A DNA stretch of 64,000 nt from a virus, in the IMG/VR virus record IMGVR_UViG_3300031688_001339; one strand, written 5' to 3'. Positions 1 through 10,799 of this stretch are shown piece after piece. The notes beneath the pieces were generated by a model, which was not told where the DNA came from, made no database searches, and saw nothing but the letters and a program-made list of their open reading frames with translations. Both the position numbers and the translations under genes were made by a program. Positions within the stretch are counted from its first letter, which is position 1. Each line of letters starts with the position of its first letter.

Positions 1-44
1 AGTTCCAGGGGTTTTTTTATGGAAAATAAGCTCTTAATATCTGT

Positions 45-61
45 TATAAATATTATAAATA
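45..61 (+). promoter_or_regulatory. Two tandem T4-type late promoters (TATAAATA at 45-52 and 54-61)
   Basis: Exact gp55 consensus upstream of ORF 99; gp55 is encoded in this window. Confidence 0.75.
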
Positions 62-98
62 TGGTGAGAGATCAACTAAAGGTTAACAAAATTATAAC

Positions 99-1148
99 AT
101 GCCGACTATAAACTTTCCGAGTGGACCATCACTCAACGATTCTTACAATCTAGGTACTCGTACTTGGAAGTGGAATGGTGAGGCATGGGCTTTACAACCA
201 CTTACAGGTGGATTTACAGGTTCAGCAGGTGCGATTGGTTACACTGGTTCAACAGGTGCCATTGCGCCTTTGACTATAGATACAACAAACGATAGAGTTG
301 GTATTAATCAAACATCTCCAAGCGTAGCATTAGATGTAGTTGGTGGTATCAAAGCTACTGGTAAGATAGAGACAGGCGATACAGAATTAAATAGCGGATC
401 AAAAAGTATTATTAATACAGGCACCTCAAATTTGCAAATTGACGGTAGTTCCAATGGAGCTAGACTCTATATTAGAAATGGAGGCGTTGAAGGATTTTCA
501 GCAGGATCGGAAGGCGGTCAAGGACACGGTTCAATGTCTTTACGAGGTCAACAAGTATTTGTAGGTGGTAATGGTGGTAAAGGTTTTGCAATAGGTAGAA
601 GTGTTTCGTGGTCCGATGTTAACAGTCAGGCTAGTGGAGAAGATGATCTTTACTTAAAAGGTGATGTTAAAGTATCAGGTAGTTTAAGAGTTGTTGATGA
701 TGTAACTTTATCAAACAATAAAAAAGTAATATTTGGTGACGCTGGAGAAAACATTGTAGGTGATGGAACAAATTTAACTATTGTTTCAAGTGGTAATGCT
801 ATTATAGACGCTACAGGTCATATTGATTTAGACTATGGTGGTATTGGTAATATTAATTTAAAAGACGATGGAACAAAATTTGCTACATTTGGAAACAACT
901 CTGGACATTTCAATATAGACGCTGCTATACAAGATAAAGATATATCATTCAGAGGTAATGATGGTGGTTCATCAGTTACAGCATTAACTTTAGATATGTC
1001 AGATAATGGGGCTGCAACATTTAGTGGTGGAATATCTATCACAAATGGTGCCTTAACATTGTCTAGCGGAGTTAGTAACTCAACAAGTATTGTAATTAAA
1101 AATTCAAGTGGTACTGTATTAAAAACTATGTATGGAACGACAAGTTAA
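99..1148 (+). CDS. Virion structural / tail-fibre-like protein
   Basis: N-terminal FPxxP...WxWNGxAW motif, short GxT collagen-like stretch, RVGINQTSPSVALDVVG fibre repeat, G/S/T-rich; late promoter; precedes gp13. Confidence 0.6.
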   Translation: MPTINFPSGPSLNDSYNLGTRTWKWNGEAWALQPLTGGFTGSAGAIGYTGSTGAIAPLTIDTTNDRVGINQTSPSVALDVVGGIKATGKIETGDTELNSGSKSIINTGTSNLQIDGSSNGARLYIRNGGVEGFSAGSEGGQGHGSMSLRGQQVFVGGNGGKGFAIGRSVSWSDVNSQASGEDDLYLKGDVKVSGSLRVVDDVTLSNNKKVIFGDAGENIVGDGTNLTIVSSGNAIIDATGHIDLDYGGIGNINLKDDGTKFATFGNNSGHFNIDAAIQDKDISFRGNDGGSSVTALTLDMSDNGAATFSGGISITNGALTLSSGVSNSTSIVIKNSSGTVLKTMYGTTS

Positions 1149-1167
1149 TTAGAGGATAAATAGAATT

Positions 1168-1974
1168 ATGGCACAACCAACAACTAGAGAAACATTAAAA
1201 GACTATGCTTTAAGAGCACTAGGTCAACCTGTTATAGAAATTAACGTTGACAATGATCAACTAGAAGATAGACTAGATGAAGCTTTACAGTTTTATTCTC
1301 AATATCATTATGACGCTATTAGAAGAACATATTTAAAGTATCAATATACACAAGCAGATTATGACAGAGTTACTACTAATGCAAGTGAATCTATAACTAA
1401 AGAAGGAGTAACTACTTCTTGGAAAGAAAGTCAAAATTTTATAGTTGTTCCTGAAACTGTTATAGCAGTTACAAATATTTTTCCTTTTTCAAGTAAAGGT
1501 ACTCTTAATTTATTTGATGTAAGATACCAAATGAGATTAAATGATCTATATGATTTTTCTTCAACATCGGTAGTTAACTATGATCTCGTAATGAGACAAT
1601 TAGATTTTTTAGATCATATTTTAGTTGGTGAAAAACCTTTAAGATTTAACATAAACGATAACAGACTATACATTGACATGGACTGGAAAAACGATTTACA
1701 AGTTGGTGAATTTCTTGTAATAGACTGTTATAGAAAATTAGATCCAGCAACTCATACAGACGTATTCAATGACCAATGGTTAAAAAGATATGTAGTTGCT
1801 TTATTTAAAAAACAATGGGGAGCAAACCTATCTAAATTTAATGGTGTTACTATGATTGGTGGTGTCTCACTTAACGGACAACAATTATATTCAGAGGCAA
1901 TCACAGACGTTGATAAACTAGAAACAGAAATTAGAAACGCATTTGAAATAGCCCCAGCATTTTTGATAGGTTAA
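1168..1974 (+). CDS. gp13: Neck protein gp13
   Basis: LRALGQPVIEINV, QWGANLSKF, GGVSLNG motifs; T4-like synteny. Confidence 0.92.
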   Translation: MAQPTTRETLKDYALRALGQPVIEINVDNDQLEDRLDEALQFYSQYHYDAIRRTYLKYQYTQADYDRVTTNASESITKEGVTTSWKESQNFIVVPETVIAVTNIFPFSSKGTLNLFDVRYQMRLNDLYDFSSTSVVNYDLVMRQLDFLDHILVGEKPLRFNINDNRLYIDMDWKNDLQVGEFLVIDCYRKLDPATHTDVFNDQWLKRYVVALFKKQWGANLSKFNGVTMIGGVSLNGQQLYSEAITDVDKLETEIRNAFEIAPAFLIG

Positions 1975-1978
1975 ACTT

Positions 1979-2785
1979 ATGGTAATAATGAATCCATATT
2001 TTCAACACGGAGATGGCATCGGTAATTCTGCCGAGAAATACCTGTATGAAGATTTAATCATAGAAGGACTAAAAATATATGGTAACTTAATCTACTATAT
2101 GCCAAGAGAAATGGTAAATAGAGATTTAGTTTTAGGTGAAGATGTAAGTAGTAATTTTAAAAACGCATTACCAATAGAAATGTATTTTGAAACTACTGAA
2201 GGATTTGCAGGTCAACAAGAGTTGATTAATAAATTTGGATTAGAAATAAGAGAAGATACAACACTTGTTGTTTCTAAAAGAAGATTCCATAACAAAATAG
2301 ATACTAGGGTTGCATTGGGAACACCAGGCAGACCTAACGAAGGAGATATATTATTCTTTCCTTTGATGAACAGTTTTTTTGAAATTCAATTTGTAGAAGA
2401 TCAGGAACCTTTCTTTCAATTAGGAAGTTTACCTGTTTATAAATTAAGAGTAACACGTTGGGAATATGCAAATGAATCAATTGATACAGGTTTAAAAGAT
2501 ATTGATAAGAGAGAAGGAGAAAATTCTGTTAATCTATTAGTAGACAGAATACCTTTAGAAGATGATCTAGGTTCATTAAGATTAGAGACAGATGATATTT
2601 CTTCAGGTAATGCTAACTTCTTATTAAACGAAGAATACAACGCAGCTACAACAACAGTACAGACTCAATCCGACTATGCACAGAATTTAGATTTAGATAC
2701 GGCTGCCGGATTTGATACTGAATCAGTAACAGACGATGTACTAGATTTCACAGAAAGAAATCCATTTGGAGAGGTAGACATTTAA
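1979..2785 (+). CDS. gp14: Neck protein gp14
   Basis: NPYF, KFGLEIR, RPNEGD, PFFQLG, C-terminal NPFGE; follows gp13. Confidence 0.9.
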   Translation: MVIMNPYFQHGDGIGNSAEKYLYEDLIIEGLKIYGNLIYYMPREMVNRDLVLGEDVSSNFKNALPIEMYFETTEGFAGQQELINKFGLEIREDTTLVVSKRRFHNKIDTRVALGTPGRPNEGDILFFPLMNSFFEIQFVEDQEPFFQLGSLPVYKLRVTRWEYANESIDTGLKDIDKREGENSVNLLVDRIPLEDDLGSLRLETDDISSGNANFLLNEEYNAATTTVQTQSDYAQNLDLDTAAGFDTESVTDDVLDFTERNPFGEVDI

Positions 2786-2964
2786 TGGAAAGAGATAGAC
2801 ATAGACAATTGCGTGAACACGCTAATAAAGTTCAAAGAGAAAAAAAAGAAATGGAACTATCAAGAGTTTTAAAAAAAGAAGTAGTTTCTGGTGCTAATGG
2901 CACACAAGACTATATAATTAAAGAAGGACCTAATAAAGGTAAAATAGCAGATAAAGGACAATAA
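2785..2964 (+). CDS. Small basic hypothetical protein (59 aa, MERDRHRQLREH...), not in ORF track
   Basis: TAATG coupling to gp14 stop and to gp15 start; fills the gap exactly. Confidence 0.65.
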   Translation: MERDRHRQLREHANKVQREKKEMELSRVLKKEVVSGANGTQDYIIKEGPNKGKIADKGQ

Positions 2965-3908
2965 TGTTTGGAACACCGTTTTATAACGAAGGATTAAGAA
3001 AGATCATTATCTCTTTTGGACAATTGTTTAACAACATTGTTATAGAGAATAAGAGTAGTGACGGTGCTATATTGAAAAGAATAAAAGTACCTTTAGCATA
3101 TGCACCTAAAGAAAAGTTTTTAGTTCGTTTAGATGAACAAGCAAATTTAGAAGATAGATCAATGGCAATTACGTTGCCTAGAATAGGTTTTGAAATATCA
3201 GGATTACAATATGATCCTGCAAGAAAATTGACAAGAGTACAAAAATTTATGAAGCCTCAAGTTGATTTAAGTAGAGCAGAGTCGAGTGCTTTACTAGATA
3301 AAGTATTTTTAGAAGATGACACTGGTTCTGTTTTACTTGAACAAACAAACAAGATTACAGGTAACGCAGAATATGTATTGAACGAAACAGCAAATCCAGC
3401 AAGTAAGTCAACTAAAAAAAATAGTTATAACTATGTTCCTGTTCCGTACAATATTAGTTTAAACGTTTATGCCTTTACAGCAACTGCTGAAAATGGTTTA
3501 CAAATTATAGAACAAATACTACCTTTCTTTCAACCTGATTATACAGTTACAGTAAATGTACTACCACAATTAGGTATTAAAAGAGACGTACCAATAATTC
3601 TTAACTCTATTAACTATGAAGACAGTTATTCAGGTGACTTTACTTCACGTAGAGCGGTTATATACACAATGAATTTTACTGCTAAAACATACTTGTTTGG
3701 TCCTACGACTAGTCAAGGTGTTATTAAAACAGTACAAGCAGATTTATATACAGACAGTGATCCAGCAACTGCTAAGAGAGAAGAAAGAATAGTAATTCAA
3801 CCAAATCCATTATCGGCTGACGCTAATGATGATTTTGGATTTACAACAACAATAACAAATTTTACAGATGGAAAAAAATATAACCCAGCAACTGATAGTG
3901 ATGAATAA
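2964..3908 (+). CDS. gp15: Tail sheath stabilizer / tail terminator gp15
   Basis: FGQLFNNI, KVPLAYAPKEKF, LPRIGFE, EQILPFFQP. Confidence 0.92.
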   Translation: MFGTPFYNEGLRKIIISFGQLFNNIVIENKSSDGAILKRIKVPLAYAPKEKFLVRLDEQANLEDRSMAITLPRIGFEISGLQYDPARKLTRVQKFMKPQVDLSRAESSALLDKVFLEDDTGSVLLEQTNKITGNAEYVLNETANPASKSTKKNSYNYVPVPYNISLNVYAFTATAENGLQIIEQILPFFQPDYTVTVNVLPQLGIKRDVPIILNSINYEDSYSGDFTSRRAVIYTMNFTAKTYLFGPTTSQGVIKTVQADLYTDSDPATAKREERIVIQPNPLSADANDDFGFTTTITNFTDGKKYNPATDSDE

Positions 3909-3910
3909 TT

Positions 3911-4384
3911 ATGACAAAATTAGAAGACAAGGTTAACGACATATTAGGAATTGAATCATCTTCTACAGAAATTGTAGAGAAGAAAGAATTTACACCAGTT
4001 GTACCTAGAGTTGAAGATAAAAATAAAGAAGATATAGATAACGACTACAAATACAGTAGAGAAAGTTATTTCAATTTAATAGAAAAAGGTCAAGAAGCTA
4101 TTCAAGGCATATTAGATATCGCAGCTGAGGGTCAACACCCTAGAGCATACGAAGTTGTAGGTCAATTAATAGGTCAAGTAGGTGCAACAGTTGATAAACT
4201 ACAAGACTTACAAAAGAAACTTAAAGACCTTAAAGAGGTACCTAAAAGTGCCACGTCTAATATTAAAAATGCATTGTTTGTAGGTTCAACTGCTGAATTA
4301 CAAAAGATGTTAAAAGGAGATCATGTTGAAACTGTTGAAAGCAAAAACATCACACCCGAAAAAGATAGTACTAAAGATAAGTGA
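3911..4384 (+). CDS. gp16: Terminase small subunit gp16
   Basis: DYKYSR, HPRAYEV, NALFVGSTAELQKML. Confidence 0.9.
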   Translation: MTKLEDKVNDILGIESSSTEIVEKKEFTPVVPRVEDKNKEDIDNDYKYSRESYFNLIEKGQEAIQGILDIAAEGQHPRAYEVVGQLIGQVGATVDKLQDLQKKLKDLKEVPKSATSNIKNALFVGSTAELQKMLKGDHVETVESKNITPEKDSTKDK

Positions 4385-4616
4385 TTTAACTTATCTTAAA
4401 TCTCACGGCGTACCATTAAAAGAATTATTAGAGGGTCAAGAATTAATTGATCCTATACAAGTTAATAAGCATAAAATAAGTCCAGTTACTAGATACGGAG
4501 TTAACGGAAACATATATATGGAAAAGGAGTGGAGTGTACATAAAGGCAATCAAAGAGTGAAAGCTGCAATACAATTAGGTTACACACACATAGAGGCAAT
4601 AGTAATAAATGAGTGA
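4323..4616 (+). CDS. Small hypothetical protein, weak ParB/Srx-like motif
   Basis: GNQRVKAAIQLGYTHIEAIV resembles the ParB-N G(N/H)xRxxA motif; overlaps gp16 and gp17. Confidence 0.45.
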   Translation: MLKLLKAKTSHPKKIVLKISDLTYLKSHGVPLKELLEGQELIDPIQVNKHKISPVTRYGVNGNIYMEKEWSVHKGNQRVKAAIQLGYTHIEAIVINE

Positions 4617-6243
4617 CGCATATTTAGGAAACCCAAATTTAAAAAAGATTAACACACCTGTTGATTTTTCTAGAGATCAGATAGTAGAATACCAAAAGTG
4701 TGCCGGTAATCCTGTATACTTTATGGAAAAATATATACAGATCGTATCACTTGATGAGGGTCTAGTACCATTTAAGATGTATCCTTTTCAGAGAGATATT
4801 GTAAAGACCATACACGATAATAGATTTACTATATGTAAACTACCAAGACAATCAGGAAAATCTACAACAACTATTTCTTATCTATTGCATTATGCATTAT
4901 TTAATCCAAACTCTAACATAGCCATACTTGCAAACAAAAGTTCTACTGCTAGAGATATATTAGGTAGACTGCAACTTGCATACGAGAACTTACCAAAATG
5001 GTTACAACAAGGTGTAATAAACTGGAACAAAGGTAATATAGAATTAGAAAATAAATCTACCATTGTTGCAGCCGCTACTTCTTCAAGTGCTATTCGGGGT
5101 GGTTCATTTAATATTATCTTTCTTGATGAGTTTGCTTTCGTACCTACTAACATTGCCGAAATGTTTTTTAGTTCAGTTTATCCTACAATTTCTGCTGGTA
5201 CAAAAACTAAAATGATTATAGTATCCACACCTTATGGTATGAACATGTACTATAAGATTTGGACAGACGCAATTAATAAAAAAAATGATTACATTCCTAT
5301 TGAAGTACATTGGAGTGAAGTACCAGGTCGTGATGATAAATGGAAAGAACAAACAATACGTAACACAAGTGAGGAACAATTTCAACAAGAGTTTGAGTGT
5401 GAGTTTTTAGGTTCTGTAAATACATTAATATCGGCATCAAAAATTAAATCAACACCTTACATAACACCTTTAAAGTCGGCTCAAGGTGTGGATATATTTG
5501 AAGAACCTATTAAAGGACATACTTATCTTGCTACAGTAGATGTTTCAAGAGGAGTTGATAAAGACTTTTCCGCCTTTATTGTATTTGATGTTACAAGTAT
5601 GCCTTATAAGATTGTATGTAAATATAAGAGTAACGAAATTAAACCTTTTGTTTTTCCTAATATAATATCTAAAGTATGTAAAGGATATAATGAAGCACAT
5701 ATACTAACAGAGGTTAATGACATAGGTCAACAAGTTGCAGAAGCTTTGCAATACGAAATTGAATATGGTAACATATTGATGACTACTCAAAAAGGTCGTG
5801 CTGGACAAATATTAGGTGCGATGTATAGTGGTAGAGGATCATCTTTAGGTGTTCGTATGACCAAGGCAACCAAAAGAATAGGTTGTTCCAATATTAAGAC
5901 ATTAATAGAGGGTGACAAAGTTGTCATTAATGATTTCAATATTATTCAGGAGATGTCTACTTTTACTAAAAGAGGTCAAAGTTGGCAGGCAGAGGACGGT
6001 TCACATGACGATTTAATGATGTGTCTAGTCATATTTGGTTGGTTATCTAATCAACCTTATTTCAAAGAATTGACTAATACCAACGCTAGAGAACGTATGT
6101 ATGAAGAACAAAAGAACTTAATTGAACAGGATATGGCACCATTTGGCTTTGTTGATAATGGTGTTGATGATCCTGAAAATGACGCAGAAACCGTAGATGA
6201 ATATGGAACTAGATGGTTTCCTGTGTCCAGAAAAGGTCAGTAA
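4609..6243 (+). CDS. gp17: Terminase large subunit gp17
   Basis: YLGNPNLK, RQSGKST Walker A, LDEFAF Walker B, nuclease HDDLMM. Confidence 0.97.
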   Translation: MSDAYLGNPNLKKINTPVDFSRDQIVEYQKCAGNPVYFMEKYIQIVSLDEGLVPFKMYPFQRDIVKTIHDNRFTICKLPRQSGKSTTTISYLLHYALFNPNSNIAILANKSSTARDILGRLQLAYENLPKWLQQGVINWNKGNIELENKSTIVAAATSSSAIRGGSFNIIFLDEFAFVPTNIAEMFFSSVYPTISAGTKTKMIIVSTPYGMNMYYKIWTDAINKKNDYIPIEVHWSEVPGRDDKWKEQTIRNTSEEQFQQEFECEFLGSVNTLISASKIKSTPYITPLKSAQGVDIFEEPIKGHTYLATVDVSRGVDKDFSAFIVFDVTSMPYKIVCKYKSNEIKPFVFPNIISKVCKGYNEAHILTEVNDIGQQVAEALQYEIEYGNILMTTQKGRAGQILGAMYSGRGSSLGVRMTKATKRIGCSNIKTLIEGDKVVINDFNIIQEMSTFTKRGQSWQAEDGSHDDLMMCLVIFGWLSNQPYFKELTNTNARERMYEEQKNLIEQDMAPFGFVDNGVDDPENDAETVDEYGTRWFPVSRKGQ

Positions 6244-6262
6244 ATACGTAAGTTAACATCTT

Positions 6263-6270
6263 TATAAATA
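6263..6270 (+). promoter_or_regulatory. Late promoter TATAAATA for gp18-gp19
   Basis: Exact consensus in intergenic region. Confidence 0.8.
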
Positions 6271-6363
6271 GATGTAACTGATAAGTTTAAATATGGGCGT
6301 ATTAATAATACGAGTTGTGAAATATAATATTAATAAATTAGCTAATTAAGAGGAGAATAACCT

Positions 6364-8289
6364 ATGGCATTTCAAGTATCACCAGGCGTTCTCGTTCAGG
6401 AAAAAGATTTAACAAGAATCATTCCTGCTGTATCAACATCTATAGGCGCATTTGCTGGCGAGTTCAGAAAAGGTCCTTTAGATCAAGTTACATCAATCTC
6501 TAGTGAGCAAGAGTTAGTACAAGTTTTTGGTAAACCAGATAATTCAAATTTTGAGGATTTCTTTACACCAGCAAACTTCTTACAATACTCTAACGCTTTA
6601 AGAGTTGTACGAGCACAAAACACAGGTGTTTCAAACGCTACCGTATCAGGTAGTTTGTTTGTAATAAAGAACACACAAGACTATCAAGACAATTGGTCAA
6701 CAGGAGCGGCTACAGTTGGAGAATGGGCAGGCAGAACTGCAGGAGCATGGGGTAATACCTTAAAAGTTTCTGTATGTCACAGCGCAGTCGGTTTCCAAGA
6801 AGACGCAAAGACAACATTAGATGACGCTGCTATGGCAGTTGGTCATACAACAGTAACAGTAACATCTGGAACAGGTATTGCAGTTGGAGATATTTTAGAA
6901 TTTTCAAAAACAGCAGCTGGAACAGATTACGATGGTTACAAATACAGAGTAACAGTAGTTAACTCTAACGATATAACTTTCGTTAGATCAGACACAGGTC
7001 AAGGTGGTTTACACCAAGTACCTGCTAACGGTGCAAACGTTAAAAGACTTTGGGAATATTTTGATGCAGTATCAAGTGCTCCTGGAACATCTCCTCACGC
7101 AACAGCGAGATTAGGTGTTAATGACGAAATGCATGTTGTAGTAATAGACGAAGATGGTCTTATTACAGGAACTCGTGGCGAAGTGTTAGAAGTATTTGAT
7201 AAAGTTTCAAAAGCTTCAGACGCTAAAACTCCACAAGGTGATACTAATTACTATGCAGATGTAATTTACAATAAATCAAATTACATTTATTGGACAGATC
7301 ACCACGCTTCAGGAACAAATCATGGTTCAGCGGCTGCAGGCATAACGTTTACAGCAGTTGATTCTATTAAAACTGATTCATTACAAGCAGGTGCTGACGG
7401 TACAACGGCAACTACAGGACAGAAAAAAACAGCATACGAAATGTTTGAAGATTCTGAAACAGTAGATGTTGGCCTAATCATGGGTGGTAAATGTGACGCT
7501 ACACACGTAGACGACTTAATATCATTAGCAGAAAAAAGAAAAGACGCTATCGCATTCGTATCTCCTCAGAGAACAGATGTAGCTGGTGTTGCTTCTTCTA
7601 TTACGCAAACACAAAATGTTTTATCATTTTGCAATGGTATTAGATCATCATCATACGTGATGATAGACAGTGGTTACAAATATATGTACGACAGATATAA
7701 TGACGTATATAGATATGTTCCATTAAATGGAGACATTGCAGGTCTAGCGGCTAGAACTGATTTAATTGCAGACAGTTGGTTTTCACCGGCTGGATATAAC
7801 AGAGGTGTTATAAGAGGCGCAGTTAAATTAGCATACAATCCTAAAAAATCTCAAAGAGATGAGTTATACAAAGCTCGTGTTAATCCTGTGGTAACATTCC
7901 CAGGTCAAGGCACAATTCTTTTTGGTGACAAAACAGGATTATCAGCTCCAAGTGCTTTTGATAGAATAAACGTAAGAAGATTGTTTATTGTATTAGAAAA
8001 AGCGATTGCTACTGCTTCTAAATTTCAACTTTTTGAGTTCAATGATGAATTTACAAGAGCAAACTTTAGAAACATAGTTGAACCTTTTTTAAGAGAAGTA
8101 CAAGGTAGACGTGGTATCACAGACTTTTTAGTAGTATGTGACGAATCAAATAACACAGGTGAAGTAATTGATAGAAATGAGTTTATTGCTGAGATATTTA
8201 TCAAACCAGCAAGAAGTATCAACTTTATTACATTACAATTCATCGCAACACGAACCGGCGTTTCTTTTGAAGAAGTCGCAGGCGGTTAA
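6364..8289 (+). CDS. gp18: Tail sheath protein gp18
   Basis: SPGVLVQEKD, WFSPAG, FDRINVRRLF, FEFNDEFTR. Confidence 0.96.
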   Translation: MAFQVSPGVLVQEKDLTRIIPAVSTSIGAFAGEFRKGPLDQVTSISSEQELVQVFGKPDNSNFEDFFTPANFLQYSNALRVVRAQNTGVSNATVSGSLFVIKNTQDYQDNWSTGAATVGEWAGRTAGAWGNTLKVSVCHSAVGFQEDAKTTLDDAAMAVGHTTVTVTSGTGIAVGDILEFSKTAAGTDYDGYKYRVTVVNSNDITFVRSDTGQGGLHQVPANGANVKRLWEYFDAVSSAPGTSPHATARLGVNDEMHVVVIDEDGLITGTRGEVLEVFDKVSKASDAKTPQGDTNYYADVIYNKSNYIYWTDHHASGTNHGSAAAGITFTAVDSIKTDSLQAGADGTTATTGQKKTAYEMFEDSETVDVGLIMGGKCDATHVDDLISLAEKRKDAIAFVSPQRTDVAGVASSITQTQNVLSFCNGIRSSSYVMIDSGYKYMYDRYNDVYRYVPLNGDIAGLAARTDLIADSWFSPAGYNRGVIRGAVKLAYNPKKSQRDELYKARVNPVVTFPGQGTILFGDKTGLSAPSAFDRINVRRLFIVLEKAIATASKFQLFEFNDEFTRANFRNIVEPFLREVQGRRGITDFLVVCDESNNTGEVIDRNEFIAEIFIKPARSINFITLQFIATRTGVSFEEVAGG

Positions 8290-8310
8290 TTAGCAGAGGA
8301 GAAATAAAAA

Positions 8311-8838
8311 ATGGCAAACATTAATGACTTCAAAGCTAAACTTGCAGGCGGTGGCGCAAGAGCCAATCAGTTTAAGGTTACAATGCCTTTCCCTGGTTAC
8401 GCACAAGTTGGTGGAGAAATAGAAGACTTAGCGTTTCTATGTACAGCTACATCTATTCCTGGAATGACGATATCAAATATCAACGTTCCTTTTAGAGGTA
8501 GAGCAATTAAAATTGCAGGCGATAGAACAATAGCGAGTTGGTCAATTACAGTACTAAACGATACAAACTTCAAAATCAGAAATGCTTTTGAAAGATGGCA
8601 GAATGGTATTAATAATATGACTGATAACGAGGGATTAACTAATCCAGTTGATTACCAAGTAGACGCTTTTGTTGATCATCTTGACAGAAACGGTAACAAC
8701 GTTAAATCGTATACTTTGAGAGGATTATTTCCTACAGAGATTACTGGTATTGACTTATCTTACAGTGAAACAACAGAAATAGAAACTTTTGGTGTTACAT
8801 TTGAGTACCAATACTTTGAAACAAATACTACAACGTAA
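8311..8838 (+). CDS. gp19: Tail tube protein gp19
   Basis: GGARANQFKV, FRGRAIKIAGDR. Confidence 0.95.
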   Translation: MANINDFKAKLAGGGARANQFKVTMPFPGYAQVGGEIEDLAFLCTATSIPGMTISNINVPFRGRAIKIAGDRTIASWSITVLNDTNFKIRNAFERWQNGINNMTDNEGLTNPVDYQVDAFVDHLDRNGNNVKSYTLRGLFPTEITGIDLSYSETTEIETFGVTFEYQYFETNTTT

Positions 8839-8847
8839 TATAGATTT

Positions 8848-8874
8848 AGAGGGCGGCCTTAAAACCGCCCTTTT
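8848..8874 (+). terminator. Rho-independent terminator after gp19
   Basis: GGGCGG/CCGCCC stem followed by TTTT. Confidence 0.75.
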
Positions 8875-8915
8875 AAAACTATTATAAGTAGTAGTAGAAA
8901 TAAGGAGATTAAATT

Positions 8916-10436
8916 ATGGCAGAGTTTTTTGGATTTAATATTACAAAATCTAAACCTAAGTCGGACCCGAAACAGAATTTTAGTACCCCACAAGCAGAGG
9001 ACGGCACACAAGTAGTTGCTGCTGGAGGGCATTTTGCGTCACACCTTGACATGGAAGGTAGTGCAAAAACCGAATCGGATCTTATAAGAAGATATAGAGA
9101 AATTTCATTACATCCTGAATGCGACATGGCAATTGAAGATATTGTCAATGAGGCAATTGTATCAAACGAGAACAAACAATCAGTTAAAATGATAACTGAA
9201 TCTGTTCCTTATGGTCGTGATGTAAGAAGAAAAATAGAGGAAGAATTTGCAGAAATATTAAGACTATTACAATTCAACACAAGAGGACACGATCTTTTTA
9301 GAAGATGGTATGTTGATGGTAGAATTTATTTTCAAAAGATAATAGATACTACAACTGATAGAAAAGGTATTACTGAACTTAAATATATTGACCCTCGTAA
9401 AATCAAAAAGATTAGAGAGGTAAGAAAAAGAAGACCTGACGGAGTTGCTCCATCGGCTACAAATATGGTAGACGAAATGATGGAATACTTTATATACAAT
9501 GAAAGAGGCGTAGGTGGTGCTAGTTTACAAGGTATTAAAATTGCACCTGATACAATTGCGTTTTGTCCATCAGGATTAATAGATCAGAATAAAAACATAG
9601 TATTATCATACTTACATAAAGCAATTAAACCAGTTAATCAATTAAGAATGATTGAAGACGCTGCTGTTATTTACAGAATAGCAAGAGCACCTGAAAGAAG
9701 AATATTCAAAATTGATGTTGGTAACTTACCTAAACTAAAAGCAGAACAATATTTGAGAGATGTTATGGCAAGATACCGAAATAAACTTGTTTATGACGCA
9801 GGCACAGGAGAAATCAGAGATGATAGAAACTATATGTCTATGTTAGAGGACTTTTGGTTACCGAGTAGAGAAGGTGGTAGAGGAACAGATATTACTACAC
9901 TTCCAGGTGGTCAAAATCTAGGAGAAATAACAGATATTGAATACTTTAGAGCAAAACTTTATAGATCATTAAATGTTCCTTCAAGTAGATTAGAAGCTTC
10001 TCAAGGTTTTAATTTAGGAAGATCAACAGAAATTACAAGAGACGAATTAAAATTTACTAAATTTGTTCAAAGATTAAGAAAGAAATTTATTGAACTGTTT
10101 AATGATATTTTAAAAACACAACTTGTTTTAAAAGGGGTAATTGCTGAAGAAGAATGGCCAATTATCAGAGATAATATTTTCTATGACTTTTTACAAGATG
10201 GTCACTTTGCGGAACTTAAGCATGCTGAAATGTTGAAAGACAGAATAAGTTTAGCTAATGATGTAAGAGACTATGTTGGAAAATACTTTTCAGTTGAGTA
10301 TGTTAGAAAGCATATATTAAAACAAACTGAAGCAGATATAGAAAAAATAGACAATCAAATTAAAAAAGAAATAGACACAGGAATAATATCATCACCTAAT
10401 CAACAAACTATTGATGGTGAAGATGACCTTAATTAA
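8916..10436 (+). CDS. gp20: Portal protein gp20
   Basis: RRWYVDGR, YRIARAPERR, EDFWLPSREGGRGT. Confidence 0.97.
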   Translation: MAEFFGFNITKSKPKSDPKQNFSTPQAEDGTQVVAAGGHFASHLDMEGSAKTESDLIRRYREISLHPECDMAIEDIVNEAIVSNENKQSVKMITESVPYGRDVRRKIEEEFAEILRLLQFNTRGHDLFRRWYVDGRIYFQKIIDTTTDRKGITELKYIDPRKIKKIREVRKRRPDGVAPSATNMVDEMMEYFIYNERGVGGASLQGIKIAPDTIAFCPSGLIDQNKNIVLSYLHKAIKPVNQLRMIEDAAVIYRIARAPERRIFKIDVGNLPKLKAEQYLRDVMARYRNKLVYDAGTGEIRDDRNYMSMLEDFWLPSREGGRGTDITTLPGGQNLGEITDIEYFRAKLYRSLNVPSSRLEASQGFNLGRSTEITRDELKFTKFVQRLRKKFIELFNDILKTQLVLKGVIAEEEWPIIRDNIFYDFLQDGHFAELKHAEMLKDRISLANDVRDYVGKYFSVEYVRKHILKQTEADIEKIDNQIKKEIDTGIISSPNQQTIDGEDDLN

Positions 10437-10448
10437 TGGAGAAAAAAT

Positions 10449-10799
10449 ATGAGTAGTGAAATAAAAAACTTTATAGATAAATTATCAGCAGGCAAAAATG
10501 CTGAAGCAGGTGATTCATTTAAAGACGCTTTAAGAGTTAAAGTAGGTGACGCATTAGATAATAAGAGACAAGATGTTGCTGGCAATATGTTTAATGCCCA
10601 AGCATTTAGTAGTCCTAAACCAGATATTGCGACACCAGGACAATTCAATCAAGACGGAACAATAACTAACGCAGATGGAACACCTGGAGAATCAGGACCA
10701 GAGTTAGCGGCTGCGACTGCACCAGAAGTTGCTGAACCAGTTGCTACCGAGGCACCAGCAGACGCACCAGAGGTATCATTAGATAATGTGGGTGCTTAA
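10449..10799 (+). CDS. Probable prohead core protein (gp67-like position), acidic tail
   Basis: Directly after portal; acidic P/A/E-rich C-terminus. Confidence 0.5.
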   Translation: MSSEIKNFIDKLSAGKNAEAGDSFKDALRVKVGDALDNKRQDVAGNMFNAQAFSSPKPDIATPGQFNQDGTITNADGTPGESGPELAAATAPEVAEPVATEAPADAPEVSLDNVGA

